A stretch of DNA of 46,093 bases from Calditrichia bacterium (GCA_050633245.1 JBOEGD010000014.1:189860-235952); one strand, 5' to 3'; shown: positions 18,076 to 27,814, counted from the first letter of the stretch. Numbers and translations: made by a program. The notes: generated by a model not told the origin, from the sequence alone.

Positions 18076-18240
18076 TGTCATCCTGTGCGGAGTCGAAGCG
18101 CTACAATTAATATAGTTAGCAGCTTGAATCCACGAAAATGTGCACTTCGATGGAGTTAATACCGAGCGAAGCCGAGGTGCCAGCACGATATTTTCTTCTA
18201 AGTGTACGTTCTCTCTAACTCCACTTCGCTCGGCGTGACA
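18076..18240. repeat. Cluster of REP-like palindromic units
   Basis: TGTCATCCTGTGCGGAGTCGAAG (18076-18098), ACCGAGCGAAGCCGAGGTG (18161-18179) and an inverted CTCCACTTCGCTCGGCGTGACA (18219-18240). Confidence 0.7.
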
Positions 18241-18256
18241 AAAATGACTATTAAAT

Positions 18257-19036
18257 ATGGAAAAAATACTCATACAGGGAATACAATACGATGAGAAATC
18301 ATCGTACCAGCGTGGACCGCGACTTGCTCCGCCGCTAATCAGGGAAGCACTGACCTGTGGCTCTGCAAACATGTTTGCCGAAGATTTGACATCTGTTGAA
18401 AGTCCGCACGTTGAAGACAAGGGTGATTTTACGATTACTGACTACTTCGAGATCGAGACGATTACCAGAAAGCATCTTGACTCCGGCAGCAAGCTTCTCA
18501 CCCTCGGTGGCGACCACTCCATAACCTTTCCCATCATCAAAGCGCATCAGGCCAACTATTCCAAGCTCGATATTCTACAGATTGACGCACATGGCGATTT
18601 ATACGATGAATTCGAAGGCGATAAATATTCTCACGCCTGCCCGTTCGCCCGCATTATGGAAAATGGATTGGCTGCACGGCTGGTTCAGGTTGGTATCCGA
18701 ACGCTCAATCCCCACCAGTCCGAGCAAGCAGAAAAATTCGGCGTTGAAATTCATCAGATGAAGAATCTGGACTTATCAAAAATCCGAAAATTTGAAAATC
18801 CTCTTTACATCTCACTGGATATGGATGGATTTGATCCGGCCTATGCTCCGGGCGTATCGCATCACGAACCGGGCGGACTAACCTCAAGAGAAGTCATCAA
18901 CCTCATGCAAAATCTTGATGCAGACGTCATCGGAGCAGATATTGTCGAATACAATCCCAATCGGGATTTCCAGAATATGACCGCATTTTTAGCCGCTAAA
19001 ATGATGAGGGAAATACTAGCTAAAATGTTGCTATGA
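18257..19036 (+). CDS. speB: Agmatinase / arginase family ureohydrolase
   Basis: GGDHSIT, DAHGD, SHACP, DMDGFDP..APG and DIVEYNP motifs. Confidence 0.88.
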   Translation: MEKILIQGIQYDEKSSYQRGPRLAPPLIREALTCGSANMFAEDLTSVESPHVEDKGDFTITDYFEIETITRKHLDSGSKLLTLGGDHSITFPIIKAHQANYSKLDILQIDAHGDLYDEFEGDKYSHACPFARIMENGLAARLVQVGIRTLNPHQSEQAEKFGVEIHQMKNLDLSKIRKFENPLYISLDMDGFDPAYAPGVSHHEPGGLTSREVINLMQNLDADVIGADIVEYNPNRDFQNMTAFLAAKMMREILAKMLL

Positions 19037-19647
19037 GAGATATCTTCAACAAAATTAAGCGAACGCTTCTGTTATATTACTGGCCTGCATTTCGTGGTAC
19101 GATTATTGGGATTGGCATAGGTATTCTTTTTGCCATTCTTGAAATCATTCTTGAAGGAGGTTCCCTCAAATACGATTGGAAAATAGTTTATTTCATAATT
19201 GGATTTACTTTGCTATCAAGCTTTTTGCTAGGAGGACTTTTACTCTTTTTCAGTGAGTATTTTCTTCCCTGGCGAGAAAAAAGATTAATTACCCATTCAA
19301 AACTTAACTTTCTGAAAGACTTGGAATTTCAATTCGATAGTGAAGATTATTTATATGAAGGATATTGGAAATCATACTACGTATTAGTGCAAGCAGAAAG
19401 TACCATAGATGCAGGCGAACGAATTACTATAACGGCCTTTATCAATCCGGGCGAGGAACAGGGAAGCATTCTGGATGAACTTCAGGAGAAATACGAGTTG
19501 AGGTTCTCGGATAATTACGTTTGGCTGATAAAAGGGGTTAGAAGTTTCTTTACTATCCCAAAACGCCAAACGTTCGAAGAGCAATTGAATCTATTCATTG
19601 ATGATTTAATACATAACAATATTAATCCGAAAGAGTTTGATGACTAA
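19033..19647 (+). CDS. Hypothetical membrane protein (2 TM)
   Basis: 204-aa AT-rich ORF with an ATGA overlap to the agmatinase stop. Confidence 0.7.
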   Translation: MRDIFNKIKRTLLLYYWPAFRGTIIGIGIGILFAILEIILEGGSLKYDWKIVYFIIGFTLLSSFLLGGLLLFFSEYFLPWREKRLITHSKLNFLKDLEFQFDSEDYLYEGYWKSYYVLVQAESTIDAGERITITAFINPGEEQGSILDELQEKYELRFSDNYVWLIKGVRSFFTIPKRQTFEEQLNLFIDDLIHNNINPKEFDD

Positions 19648-19705
19648 TTAAGCAGAGGAAATATTTTCCTCACTATACTCTGACATATTGGAAAGGATAG
19701 CAACA

Positions 19706-20194
19706 ATGAACAAGAACACGAGAATCCTGGTAATACTCTCATGTCTAATGCTGCTTCCATTTTTCAGCTATGCCCAAAATGAATCAACTCAAGACTTAGA
19801 AGCATACTTTTCGGCGATCATTGTCAGCGATTTGGACTCGTCAATTAACTGGTATTCAACTTCTTTAGGATTTGAGGTAGTGAACAAGGTTGAGTCTACA
19901 GAAAGAGGATTTAAACAATCGAATCTTAAGCGTGGAAGTACATTACTCGAACTAATTGAACTGGACAGAGCCGTTAGCTTAAAAGATACGGTGTCTAACT
20001 ACAGTGATAAAATGCGATTCATTGGCTTTTTTAAAATCGGGTTTTTAGTCTCCGATTTCGATAAATGGATTGACCGATTGACAGGTAACAATGTTGATTT
20101 TTATGGAAATGTTGTAACGGATAATAGCAGTGGAAAGAGAATGGTAATAATTACAGACCCTGACTATAACCGAATTCAAATTTTTGAGAAATAA
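19706..20194 (+). CDS. Secreted VOC family protein
   Basis: Signal peptide, then AIIVSDLDSSINWY..LGF, LELIE, KIGFLV and TDPDYNRIQIFE. Confidence 0.85.
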   Translation: MNKNTRILVILSCLMLLPFFSYAQNESTQDLEAYFSAIIVSDLDSSINWYSTSLGFEVVNKVESTERGFKQSNLKRGSTLLELIELDRAVSLKDTVSNYSDKMRFIGFFKIGFLVSDFDKWIDRLTGNNVDFYGNVVTDNSSGKRMVIITDPDYNRIQIFEK

Positions 20195-20311
20195 GAATTG
20201 CCCGCACAAAGTCAGCTCGATGAATCGGCACAAACGTAATCTTGTTTTTAGGAGAGAAGGATGATATCAACAAAATGAAGAACCATATTAACAATCGACG
20301 CGAACAGCTAA

Positions 20312-21025
20312 ATGAATAAAGACATGAAAAAACTCGGCTTAATCGGTGGTACCTCCTGGCATTCGACAATTGAGTACTATCGCACAATCAATCAGGCGGT
20401 AAATAATCATTTTGGCGATAATACCAATCCACCACTGTTGGTTTATACCATGAACCAATCTGCGATACATCGCTTGCAAAAAGAAGACAATTGGGCTGCC
20501 ATAGCTGAAGAGTTTATCACTGCGGCAATAAGTCTGCAACGCGCCGGTGCAGAAGCTATCATGCTTTGTGCCAATACCCCGCATAAGATATTTGACAAGG
20601 TAAGTTCAGAGCTGAATGTTCCCATGATCCATATTGCGGATGCCACCGGCAAAGCGATTAAAACCCAAGGTGTGGGGAAGGTCTGCTTTATTGGTACGAA
20701 GTTCACTATGGCAGAAGACTATCTGAAAGACAGAATTTCCCAACACGACATTGAGGTATTGGCTCCAAACAACAGCACAGAGATTGATGAACTGCATCGC
20801 ATTATTCATAAGGAGCTGAGCTACGGAAATGTTGTTGCTGAATCGAAAGTATATGTCATGAACGTCATTAAGGCGATGCTCGAGCAGGGGGCAAAAGGCG
20901 TCATTTTGGGCTGTACCGAATTCCCAATCATGATTGCTTCTGATGACCTGGATGTCCCGATCTTCAACACAGCTGAAATTCATGCAAAGGCGGGAGCAGA
21001 GTTTATTCTTCAAAAATACATGTAG
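20312..21025 (+). CDS. Aspartate/glutamate racemase family protein (YgeA/RacX-like)
   Basis: LGLIGGTSWHST, LCANTPH and ILGCTEF motifs. Confidence 0.92.
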   Translation: MNKDMKKLGLIGGTSWHSTIEYYRTINQAVNNHFGDNTNPPLLVYTMNQSAIHRLQKEDNWAAIAEEFITAAISLQRAGAEAIMLCANTPHKIFDKVSSELNVPMIHIADATGKAIKTQGVGKVCFIGTKFTMAEDYLKDRISQHDIEVLAPNNSTEIDELHRIIHKELSYGNVVAESKVYVMNVIKAMLEQGAKGVILGCTEFPIMIASDDLDVPIFNTAEIHAKAGAEFILQKYM

Positions 21026-21086
21026 TCATTGTACGGCAGGCAGAGTATTTAGCCGACCTTTTTAAATTGTCTGGGAAAGGAACAGA

Positions 21087-21809
21087 ATCATTATCGAAGA
21101 CCTAAACACAATTGGTATCCTTGGTGGAATGAGCTCCGCTGCAACCGGCGAATATTACAATCTGATAAATCAGAAGGTAAAAACAGTAAAAGGTGGACAT
21201 AATATTGCAGAGATGATAATCTGTAGCGTCAATTTTGCGAATATTGAACGTTGTGTAAGGAATGAGGATTGGGACGCGGCAGGAGAATATCTGGCACTTA
21301 AAGCAAAGAACATCGAGAGTGCTGGTGCAATCTGCCTGTTTCTGGCAACCAATACCTTGCATATCGTCCGTCAGCAAATTAAGGACGCGATATCTATTCC
21401 GTTCATCGACATTTTTGATATTGTTTCCCAAAAGATAAAGGCGAATGGCATAACACGTGTTGGCTTGTTGGGCACCTACCCGGTAATGACAGATCCTTTC
21501 TATGTAAACGCCTATCGAGACTGCGGAATAGAACTTGTGAGACCAAACGAGAAAGAGAAAAGAGAGCTTGATCGCATCATCTTTGATGAAATGACACATC
21601 ATAAATTCTTGCCAGCGTCAAAAGAATATTATCTGAACGTCAGCGAACGATTAACCCAAAATGGTGCTGAAGGCATTATTCTTGGCTGCACGGAAATCAA
21701 GCTGCTCATTAATCAGCAGGATGTTAAAGATATTCCTCTATTCGACACAACTGAGCTACACTGCGACATGGCTGCACAGATTTGTATGGGATTCAAAACA
21801 CCCGGTTGA
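21087..21809 (+). CDS. Second aspartate/glutamate racemase family protein, canonical start codon missing
   Basis: The frame upstream of ATG 21129 encodes the conserved N-terminus (..LNTIGILGG-MS). LATNTLH and ILGCTEI motifs. Only ATC/ATT codons follow the GGAAAGGAA RBS. Confidence 0.8.
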   Translation: MIIEDLNTIGILGGMSSAATGEYYNLINQKVKTVKGGHNIAEMIICSVNFANIERCVRNEDWDAAGEYLALKAKNIESAGAICLFLATNTLHIVRQQIKDAISIPFIDIFDIVSQKIKANGITRVGLLGTYPVMTDPFYVNAYRDCGIELVRPNEKEKRELDRIIFDEMTHHKFLPASKEYYLNVSERLTQNGAEGIILGCTEIKLLINQQDVKDIPLFDTTELHCDMAAQICMGFKTPG

Positions 21810-21846
21810 TTTTTACTGCAAAACTCGACTACTGGTAGGAGCTTAA

Positions 21847-22182
21847 TTGAACAAACTATTTGTATACGGTACTCTTTGTCCCGGACAGCCGAACGAACAT
21901 ATTTTAAAACGAATCGGTGGCACCTGGCAGTCGGGTAGCGTTCGCGGCACGCTCTACCCGAACGGTTGGGGAGCTGCGCTGGGATATCCGGGGATTGTTC
22001 TTGCCCGAGACGCAGAGACCGTAGAGGGCTATATATTTACTTCTAACCGCCTGGAAGAGCACATACCGGATCTGGACAGGTTTGAAGGCTTGGGCTATCG
22101 GCGGGTTCTTACTACAGTTGAGCTTCGTAATAAAACAGAGATAACAGCTTATATCTATGAGCTAAGCGAGTCCCCGCGGTAA
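21847..22182 (+). CDS. Gamma-glutamylcyclotransferase (AIG2-like)
   Basis: LFVYGTL, GYPG and LDRFEG..YRR motifs. GGAG RBS before TTG. Confidence 0.9.
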   Translation: MNKLFVYGTLCPGQPNEHILKRIGGTWQSGSVRGTLYPNGWGAALGYPGIVLARDAETVEGYIFTSNRLEEHIPDLDRFEGLGYRRVLTTVELRNKTEITAYIYELSESPR

Positions 22183-22316
22183 TTCTGAACTCATAGTTCG
22201 TGGAATCTTACTGCCAAGCAAAGCATTTTTACTGGCAGAAGACGACAAAATTACGGATACTACAATAACCAACCAGATTAAGCAAAACAGATAGAGCTAA
22301 AACTCAGGAGCGCCCC

Positions 22317-23696
22317 ATGCTGCTCTGTAAGAACCTGTATATCGTAGTTATGTATGTGATTATGTTTTCCTTATTGTTTTTTTGTTCCTCGAATCCTCCA
22401 GCGACGTTTGACCTGATTATCACAAACGTCAACCTTATTGACGGTACCGGTAACCCGTTGCAGTCCGGGATGAACGTGCTCATTCAAAATGGTAAGATTC
22501 GGGCCATCACAAAAATCAGCTCACAGCAAACCACCAACCGTATCGATGGTACCGGGAAATACCTGATGCCCGGTCTATTCGATGGTCATGTTCACACCAC
22601 AGATTTTCAAAAAACCTTCCCCAAGTTAATGCATTACGGCGTCACTTCAGTGTTCGTCCCCGGCGGTAGTACCTGTTCCGTTGAATTTTATACCGGCATG
22701 CGAGCAATGGGTTCGCAGGACTCAATTCCTGCGCCGCGCGTTTTTCATACCAGCCAACATTTTACCATGGAAGGCAAGCATCCGGTAAAAACATACGCTA
22801 ATAGCAACTGGGTAAAAGATAAGACCGTCTTCTTTTTAACGGATACCCTGCAAATAAAGCAGGTGGTGCAGCTGGTTGCACAACAGCCAATTCAGGGGAT
22901 CAAACTTACAATTGAAGATGGACCCGCTCCACCATTTGTAGAGCGAATCCCACAGGAGTTTGTTGACGCTGTCGTTCGTGAAGCTGCGAAGCATGATCTG
23001 CCGGTTTATGCTCACGCCAGCGACAATGAAGAATTCCTAATGGCAATAAAGGGTGGCGCTAAAAACCATGTTCACTTTGTCGGAATTGATATCGACTGGA
23101 ATAATGAAGAGCACATAACTGCAATGGAAACCGTTCGGGACAGGAACGGATCCATTATTACAACGTTGATGATCGATAAATCATTTATCTATCCGCTGCA
23201 TCCGGAATGGCTGGAAATCCCGGAATTTAATGCCGTCTATCCATTCAAAGAGCTGCAAACCATGCTTACTCCGAAAAACATACGCTTTGCTAAAATGATG
23301 GCGGAAATGACAAAGAGAGACTACGGCCTTGATACGCTGACAATGGAAGCCCTGTTTTCTCCAAAGGTTGAAGATATTCAGCGAGCCCTCGACATGGGAG
23401 TCAATATGGTTTTGGGAACGGATACCGGCAATCGCTTTATCTTTCATGGCTACAGCCTGCACGAAGAAATGCAGATTCTGGAAGAGGGCGGGATGGTACC
23501 GATGGATATTATACGCATGGGCACCATAAACGCCGCAAGGATGCTTAATGCCGAGGACAGCCTCGGAACTCTGCAAACAGGAAAGCTGGCCGATATGATT
23601 CTGTTAAACAAAAATCCATTGGAGTCTATTCGGAATACGCTTGAGATTGAGTCCGTTTTTAAAAATGGCAAAGTCCAGCATAGGTTTGAAAGGTAA
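22317..23696 (+). CDS. Amidohydrolase family protein (secreted)
   Basis: MPGLFDGHVH, YAHA, LGTDTG and GTLQTGKLADMILL motifs. Confidence 0.9.
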   Translation: MLLCKNLYIVVMYVIMFSLLFFCSSNPPATFDLIITNVNLIDGTGNPLQSGMNVLIQNGKIRAITKISSQQTTNRIDGTGKYLMPGLFDGHVHTTDFQKTFPKLMHYGVTSVFVPGGSTCSVEFYTGMRAMGSQDSIPAPRVFHTSQHFTMEGKHPVKTYANSNWVKDKTVFFLTDTLQIKQVVQLVAQQPIQGIKLTIEDGPAPPFVERIPQEFVDAVVREAAKHDLPVYAHASDNEEFLMAIKGGAKNHVHFVGIDIDWNNEEHITAMETVRDRNGSIITTLMIDKSFIYPLHPEWLEIPEFNAVYPFKELQTMLTPKNIRFAKMMAEMTKRDYGLDTLTMEALFSPKVEDIQRALDMGVNMVLGTDTGNRFIFHGYSLHEEMQILEEGGMVPMDIIRMGTINAARMLNAEDSLGTLQTGKLADMILLNKNPLESIRNTLEIESVFKNGKVQHRFER

Positions 23697-23862
23697 TGCA
23701 TTGAGCGCGGCATCGCAGGGAGTAAATGGATAAAAACATCCTTTAATTAGACGCAGCAGACAAACAAATCCACGCGTTGGTATAACCTCCAATAAATGTA
23801 TATATTGGGTCGCAAGATATTGGGATTTCTGCCATTGATGTTGGCTGATGTCTTCAAGTTTT

Positions 23863-23885
23863 TGTCACGCTGAGCGGAGTCGAGG
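23863..23885 (+). repeat. REP-like unit
   Basis: TGTCACGCTGAGCGGAGTCGAGG, same family as 18076-18098. Confidence 0.7.
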
Positions 23886-23951
23886 CACTAAGGCAGGTCA
23901 ATTATAATCTGATTCACAAAAACATATACTCGCATCATTTATAAATTTATC

Positions 23952-23967
23952 CGAATAACGTTATTCG
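23952..23967. other. Perfect 16-bp palindrome (collapsed attC core or operator)
   Basis: CGAATAAC|GTTATTCG, 28 nt upstream of ATG 23996. Confidence 0.5.
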
Positions 23968-23995
23968 CAACCCATTTAAACGAAAGATATATTCC

Positions 23996-24859
23996 ATGAA
24001 GAGTTTTATTAATCTGGCCCTTTGTATTCTACTATTGCTTCCGGTGACCATGCTTGCCCAAATCAATAAACCAAGTCTCAGCCCACGCGTCACCAAAACT
24101 ACATCCGTTGGTTTATACACAGTTAAATTGGATTATGGTCAGCCCGGCGTAAAAGATCGAGTCATCTTTGGCGGGCTTGTTCCTTATGGCAAAGTGTGGC
24201 GAACCGGAGCAAACAGCTCTACCAAGTTTTCCGTCGATGCGGAATTCACTTTTGCCGACAATACCGTTCCCACCGGTGACTATGCGCTGTATACCATTCC
24301 TGGTGAAAAAGAGTGGACAATCATTATCCACAAAAACACCAAGCTTTGGGGCTCTTCCAACTATGACGAAGCAGACGATCTTGTTCGCTTTACCGTTCCG
24401 ACAATCGAGTTGAAGGACAACGTGGAAACCTTCACGATACACTTTGCGAATTTCCATAACAAGGGAGCCGACCTCGTGATTGCCTGGGAAAAGACAAAGG
24501 TTATTGTTCCTGTTGTTGTCGATTCCGATCCGCTGATTTTCAAAGAGATTGAAGAAAAAGTCCTAAAGGCCGACGGTGAGATTTCTGCACAGACTTACTT
24601 CGACGCAGCACAGTTTTATTATCACAAAGAGAAGAATCTATCGCTTGCAGCAACATGGTTTGACAAAGCAATTGAGCTGCGTCCGGAAGCATTTTGGTAT
24701 GTATATTTTGCTGCAGAATTAGCCTACAAAATGGAAGACTATAAAGCTGCAAGAGCCGGACTCGAGAAATGCCTGGCCGCTGCTAAAGCAAATCCCTCCG
24801 GTGACTTTGGTTATATTGCAAAGTGTAACTTAATGCTGGAAAAGTTGGAAGGAAAGTAA
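23996..24859 (+). CDS. DUF2911 domain protein with a TPR-like C-terminus
   Basis: PSLSP, YGQPGVKDRVIFGGLVPYGKVWRTGAN and YALYTIP motifs. Signal peptide. Confidence 0.88.
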   Translation: MKSFINLALCILLLLPVTMLAQINKPSLSPRVTKTTSVGLYTVKLDYGQPGVKDRVIFGGLVPYGKVWRTGANSSTKFSVDAEFTFADNTVPTGDYALYTIPGEKEWTIIIHKNTKLWGSSNYDEADDLVRFTVPTIELKDNVETFTIHFANFHNKGADLVIAWEKTKVIVPVVVDSDPLIFKEIEEKVLKADGEISAQTYFDAAQFYYHKEKNLSLAATWFDKAIELRPEAFWYVYFAAELAYKMEDYKAARAGLEKCLAAAKANPSGDFGYIAKCNLMLEKLEGK

Positions 24860-24895
24860 TCGCATCGGTAATCAAATGACTACTGCTGTGAAGAT

Positions 24896-24951
24896 TATCC
24901 TGAGCCTGTCGAAAGGGCTCGGGAAGCACCGTTCTCTGAGCGTAGGCGAAG
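24896..24951 (+). repeat. Two degenerate REP-like units
   Basis: TATCCTGAGCCTGTCGAAAGG and CTCTGAGCGTAGGCGAAG share the CTGAGC..GTCGAAG core. Confidence 0.6.
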
Positions 24952-25036
24952 AAATTTCAACGTTCATAATTGTTTTGTCATAGCTGGATTTTAGCCACAA
25001 TTATCTATTCTGCTAAACATTTTTGACGGATGCGAC

Positions 25037-25662
25037 ATGAAAAAAATCATTCTGATACTGTTAATTAGCATCAATTCATTACCTGTTTTCGGACAAACCG
25101 ACCCGGAAAAAATCAAAATTATATATGACCTCAATACCGGAGAAAGAACTTTACTGCATATAGATTCGCCGTATGTTCCCCCGGCTCCTGAGGGGCTATT
25201 TTTACCTTATGACAAAATAGCAGAATATTATCCCCACTTGACTCAGCGGATATCAGCCGCTTACTTGTCGGTAATTGGCAAGAACAAAAGCTTTCGTCTG
25301 CATCAGGAAATGTGGACGCTATTGTAATGCCCGAGAAGTTTGTCTTTACAAAAGACAAACGCTTTACATCTTTCTCACCTGAAGATACTATTTACGGTAG
25401 CTGGCTGACTTCCGGGGATACTAAGGGGGATCTCATTCTTAAGTATGATAAACCGCATTACCGAATAAAAGATGAGCGAATACTAAAAATTCTAAGTGCG
25501 GAAGCAGTGAAGGCGCTAATCTCTACCTCTGCCACCCGATCGATTCATTTTATCGATGATTCAAAATTAACATTTTTTGCCTTTTTCATCTCAGAAGATG
25601 TTTCAACCACAACCGATACACTTTATCAAGTACTATTCAAGACTTACAACAGAGAAAATTAA
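25037..25662 (+). pseudogene. Secreted hypothetical protein split by a 1-bp frameshift
   Basis: ORFs 25037-25327 and 25312-25662 overlap in adjacent frames, and the second frame is open from 25213. Adding one C to CCCC (25232-25235) yields ...YYPPLDSADISRLLVGNWQ... Confidence 0.65.
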
Positions 25663-25742
25663 TCATATCAAGCCGGATATTAAAAGCAAAGATGTGAGAA
25701 ATTCACAGTCAGGCAAGACATCCACATTTATAACGAGGAAAA

Positions 25743-26942
25743 ATGAACTCAAAAACATTTATTTTAATATTAATATCCATTTTATGCTTGCAAGTCTATT
25801 CACAACATGTTGGTATCGAGGAAAATAATGTCGGGCAGAACATCCTCATCAAATCCAACATACTTGAGGAGGAAAGAGAAGTTCAGGTCTACTTACCCGC
25901 CAGTTATACGCAATCCAAGGACAACTACCCCGTGCTTTACGTGTTGGATGGGCAGCGCTACTTTCTACACGGAGTGAGTTTACAAAAATCATTTGCAGAT
26001 TTTAAGCAAGCCCCGGACTTTGTAGTCGTTGGAATAACTAAAAAGCGAGCGGATCGCAACAGAAATTATAGCACGAATTCAGCCGCATTTTTAAACTTTA
26101 TCGAACAAGAGTTAATCCCATATATTGATTCAACCTTCCGAACGTCACAAGTGCGATTGCTATTTGGGTGGGCATATGCCGGTGGGTTCGCAATAAATAG
26201 TATGCTCACCAAGCCCGATTTATTCGATGCGTACATAGCAGCAAGTGCATTTCCGCTATCGCAACGAATCAGCAAAATTGACCGCTTCCTTACGCAACAA
26301 GTCGACCTTAACACTTATCTGTATTTTACCTCGGGCACTAAGGAGGGTATTGTAAAAGAAGGAACCGCGAAATTAGCTGCGCTTCTGAATGGCAAAGCTC
26401 CAAAAGCACTGGACTGGACTTTTCGAGAACTTCAGGGAGAAGAACATCGATCGACTCCCTTCACAACACTCTATCATGGAATAAGAAATTACTATCAATA
26501 TTATCCCGAGTTACAGTTTAGCAACATAGAAGAGTTCAATGAATCCGGCGGCTTAAGATATGTGTATGACTATTATGAGCGCCGAGCAAAACAGTTTGGT
26601 TTTCCGGCTGAGTTAACAGACTGGACGATGTTTAGTTTAACAAGGAACGCCATTCGAGATGAGAACTTCAAGCAGTTCGAGTCACTGGTAAATGAGTTTA
26701 GAGAAACAGATTTTCTTGGGCGATTAAGAGTACGAAGAGCCTGCTCAATCGCTGAATTTTATATAAAAAACAAACAATACGAAAAGGCAATTGACATCTT
26801 TGAATTTCTATCTGGTAAGCATCCTGCTTCGGGAAATCCGTTGACCGGCCTGGGAGATTCGTATAAAGCGATGGGGGATGATAAAAAAGCCGCAGCTTAT
26901 TACAAAAGAGCCGAAGCGCTTTATAAGAAAAGTTCGAATTGA
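25743..26942 (+). CDS. Alpha/beta-hydrolase (IroE/Fes-like esterase fold) plus TPR, lacking the nucleophile Ser
   Basis: VYLPASY, YPVLYVLDG, FIEQELIPYID and EEH motifs. The elbow reads GWAYAG instead of GxSxG. C-terminal TPR. Confidence 0.85.
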   Translation: MNSKTFILILISILCLQVYSQHVGIEENNVGQNILIKSNILEEEREVQVYLPASYTQSKDNYPVLYVLDGQRYFLHGVSLQKSFADFKQAPDFVVVGITKKRADRNRNYSTNSAAFLNFIEQELIPYIDSTFRTSQVRLLFGWAYAGGFAINSMLTKPDLFDAYIAASAFPLSQRISKIDRFLTQQVDLNTYLYFTSGTKEGIVKEGTAKLAALLNGKAPKALDWTFRELQGEEHRSTPFTTLYHGIRNYYQYYPELQFSNIEEFNESGGLRYVYDYYERRAKQFGFPAELTDWTMFSLTRNAIRDENFKQFESLVNEFRETDFLGRLRVRRACSIAEFYIKNKQYEKAIDIFEFLSGKHPASGNPLTGLGDSYKAMGDDKKAAAYYKRAEALYKKSSN

Positions 26943-26962
26943 ACACCTAAAGAGAATCAAGA

Positions 26963-27814
26963 ATGTTTGCTATCTTAAATCAGAGCTACCCACCCCCGCA
27001 AGACGGGAGAAGAAGCATTGCTACCGCAATATTATTTGGTAGTTTTATCGGCTTATTTCTAATCTTCTTTGAACCCTTTGACCTCAACTTATCGAGTTAC
27101 AAAAACAAGACATTAACGCTATTTCTTTACGGCCTCATTTCAACAGCAGTTCTACTTATTTTTTTACATCTTCTACCCCGCTATTTTCCAGCACTTTTTT
27201 CTGAGCAGCACTGGACGGTAAAACACCACGCTATTTTTTATAGCGCCATACTTTTTACCATTGCCACATTGAATGGACTGTATGCCAATTTTATCAATGA
27301 CCTGAGTTTTAGCTGGCCTAACTACTGGTGGATTATCAATCGCACTTTTGTACTTGGCGGTATTCCCATCGCCTTTCTAACCACCCTTGACTATAATCGC
27401 AAGTTGCGGCAGCATGTAAAAGAAGCCAGTGATATTGTTGGAAACCTTGAAGAAGTAGAACGTTCATCAGATGAACCAGTCTGGAAAATAACCACGGATC
27501 TAAAAGATGAAACGTTCTCTGTTAGCGAGCAATTTTTTATGTATGCTGAGGCAATTGGCAATTACATAGAAATCCATCATATAGAAAGCTCCGAGGTAAA
27601 AAAAGCAACGTACCGACTATCGCTCTCTTCTTTCGAGAAGCAGCTCAGCTCAGATCATCTGATCCGCTGCCATCGCTCGTATTTGGTGAACCTGAAAATG
27701 GTTGAAGATGTCTCTGGAAATGCTCAGGGATTAAAGCTTAAGCTCAAAGAGCTTGCTCGACTGATTCCTGTCTCTCGAAAATATATCCCGACAATAAAAA
27801 AACGCCAGGCGTAA
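26963..27814 (+). CDS. Membrane-bound LytTR family transcriptional regulator
   Basis: Four N-terminal TM helices, then AEAIGNY, RCHRSYLVN and IPVSRKY. Confidence 0.9.
   Translation: MFAILNQSYPPPQDGRRSIATAILFGSFIGLFLIFFEPFDLNLSSYKNKTLTLFLYGLISTAVLLIFLHLLPRYFPALFSEQHWTVKHHAIFYSAILFTIATLNGLYANFINDLSFSWPNYWWIINRTFVLGGIPIAFLTTLDYNRKLRQHVKEASDIVGNLEEVERSSDEPVWKITTDLKDETFSVSEQFFMYAEAIGNYIEIHHIESSEVKKATYRLSLSSFEKQLSSDHLIRCHRSYLVNLKMVEDVSGNAQGLKLKLKELARLIPVSRKYIPTIKKRQA

Noticed and set aside
19655-19671. GAGGAAA-tat-TTTCCTC hairpin as a terminator
   Set aside because: The stem is weak and AT-rich with no U-tract, so it cannot be supported as an intrinsic terminator.
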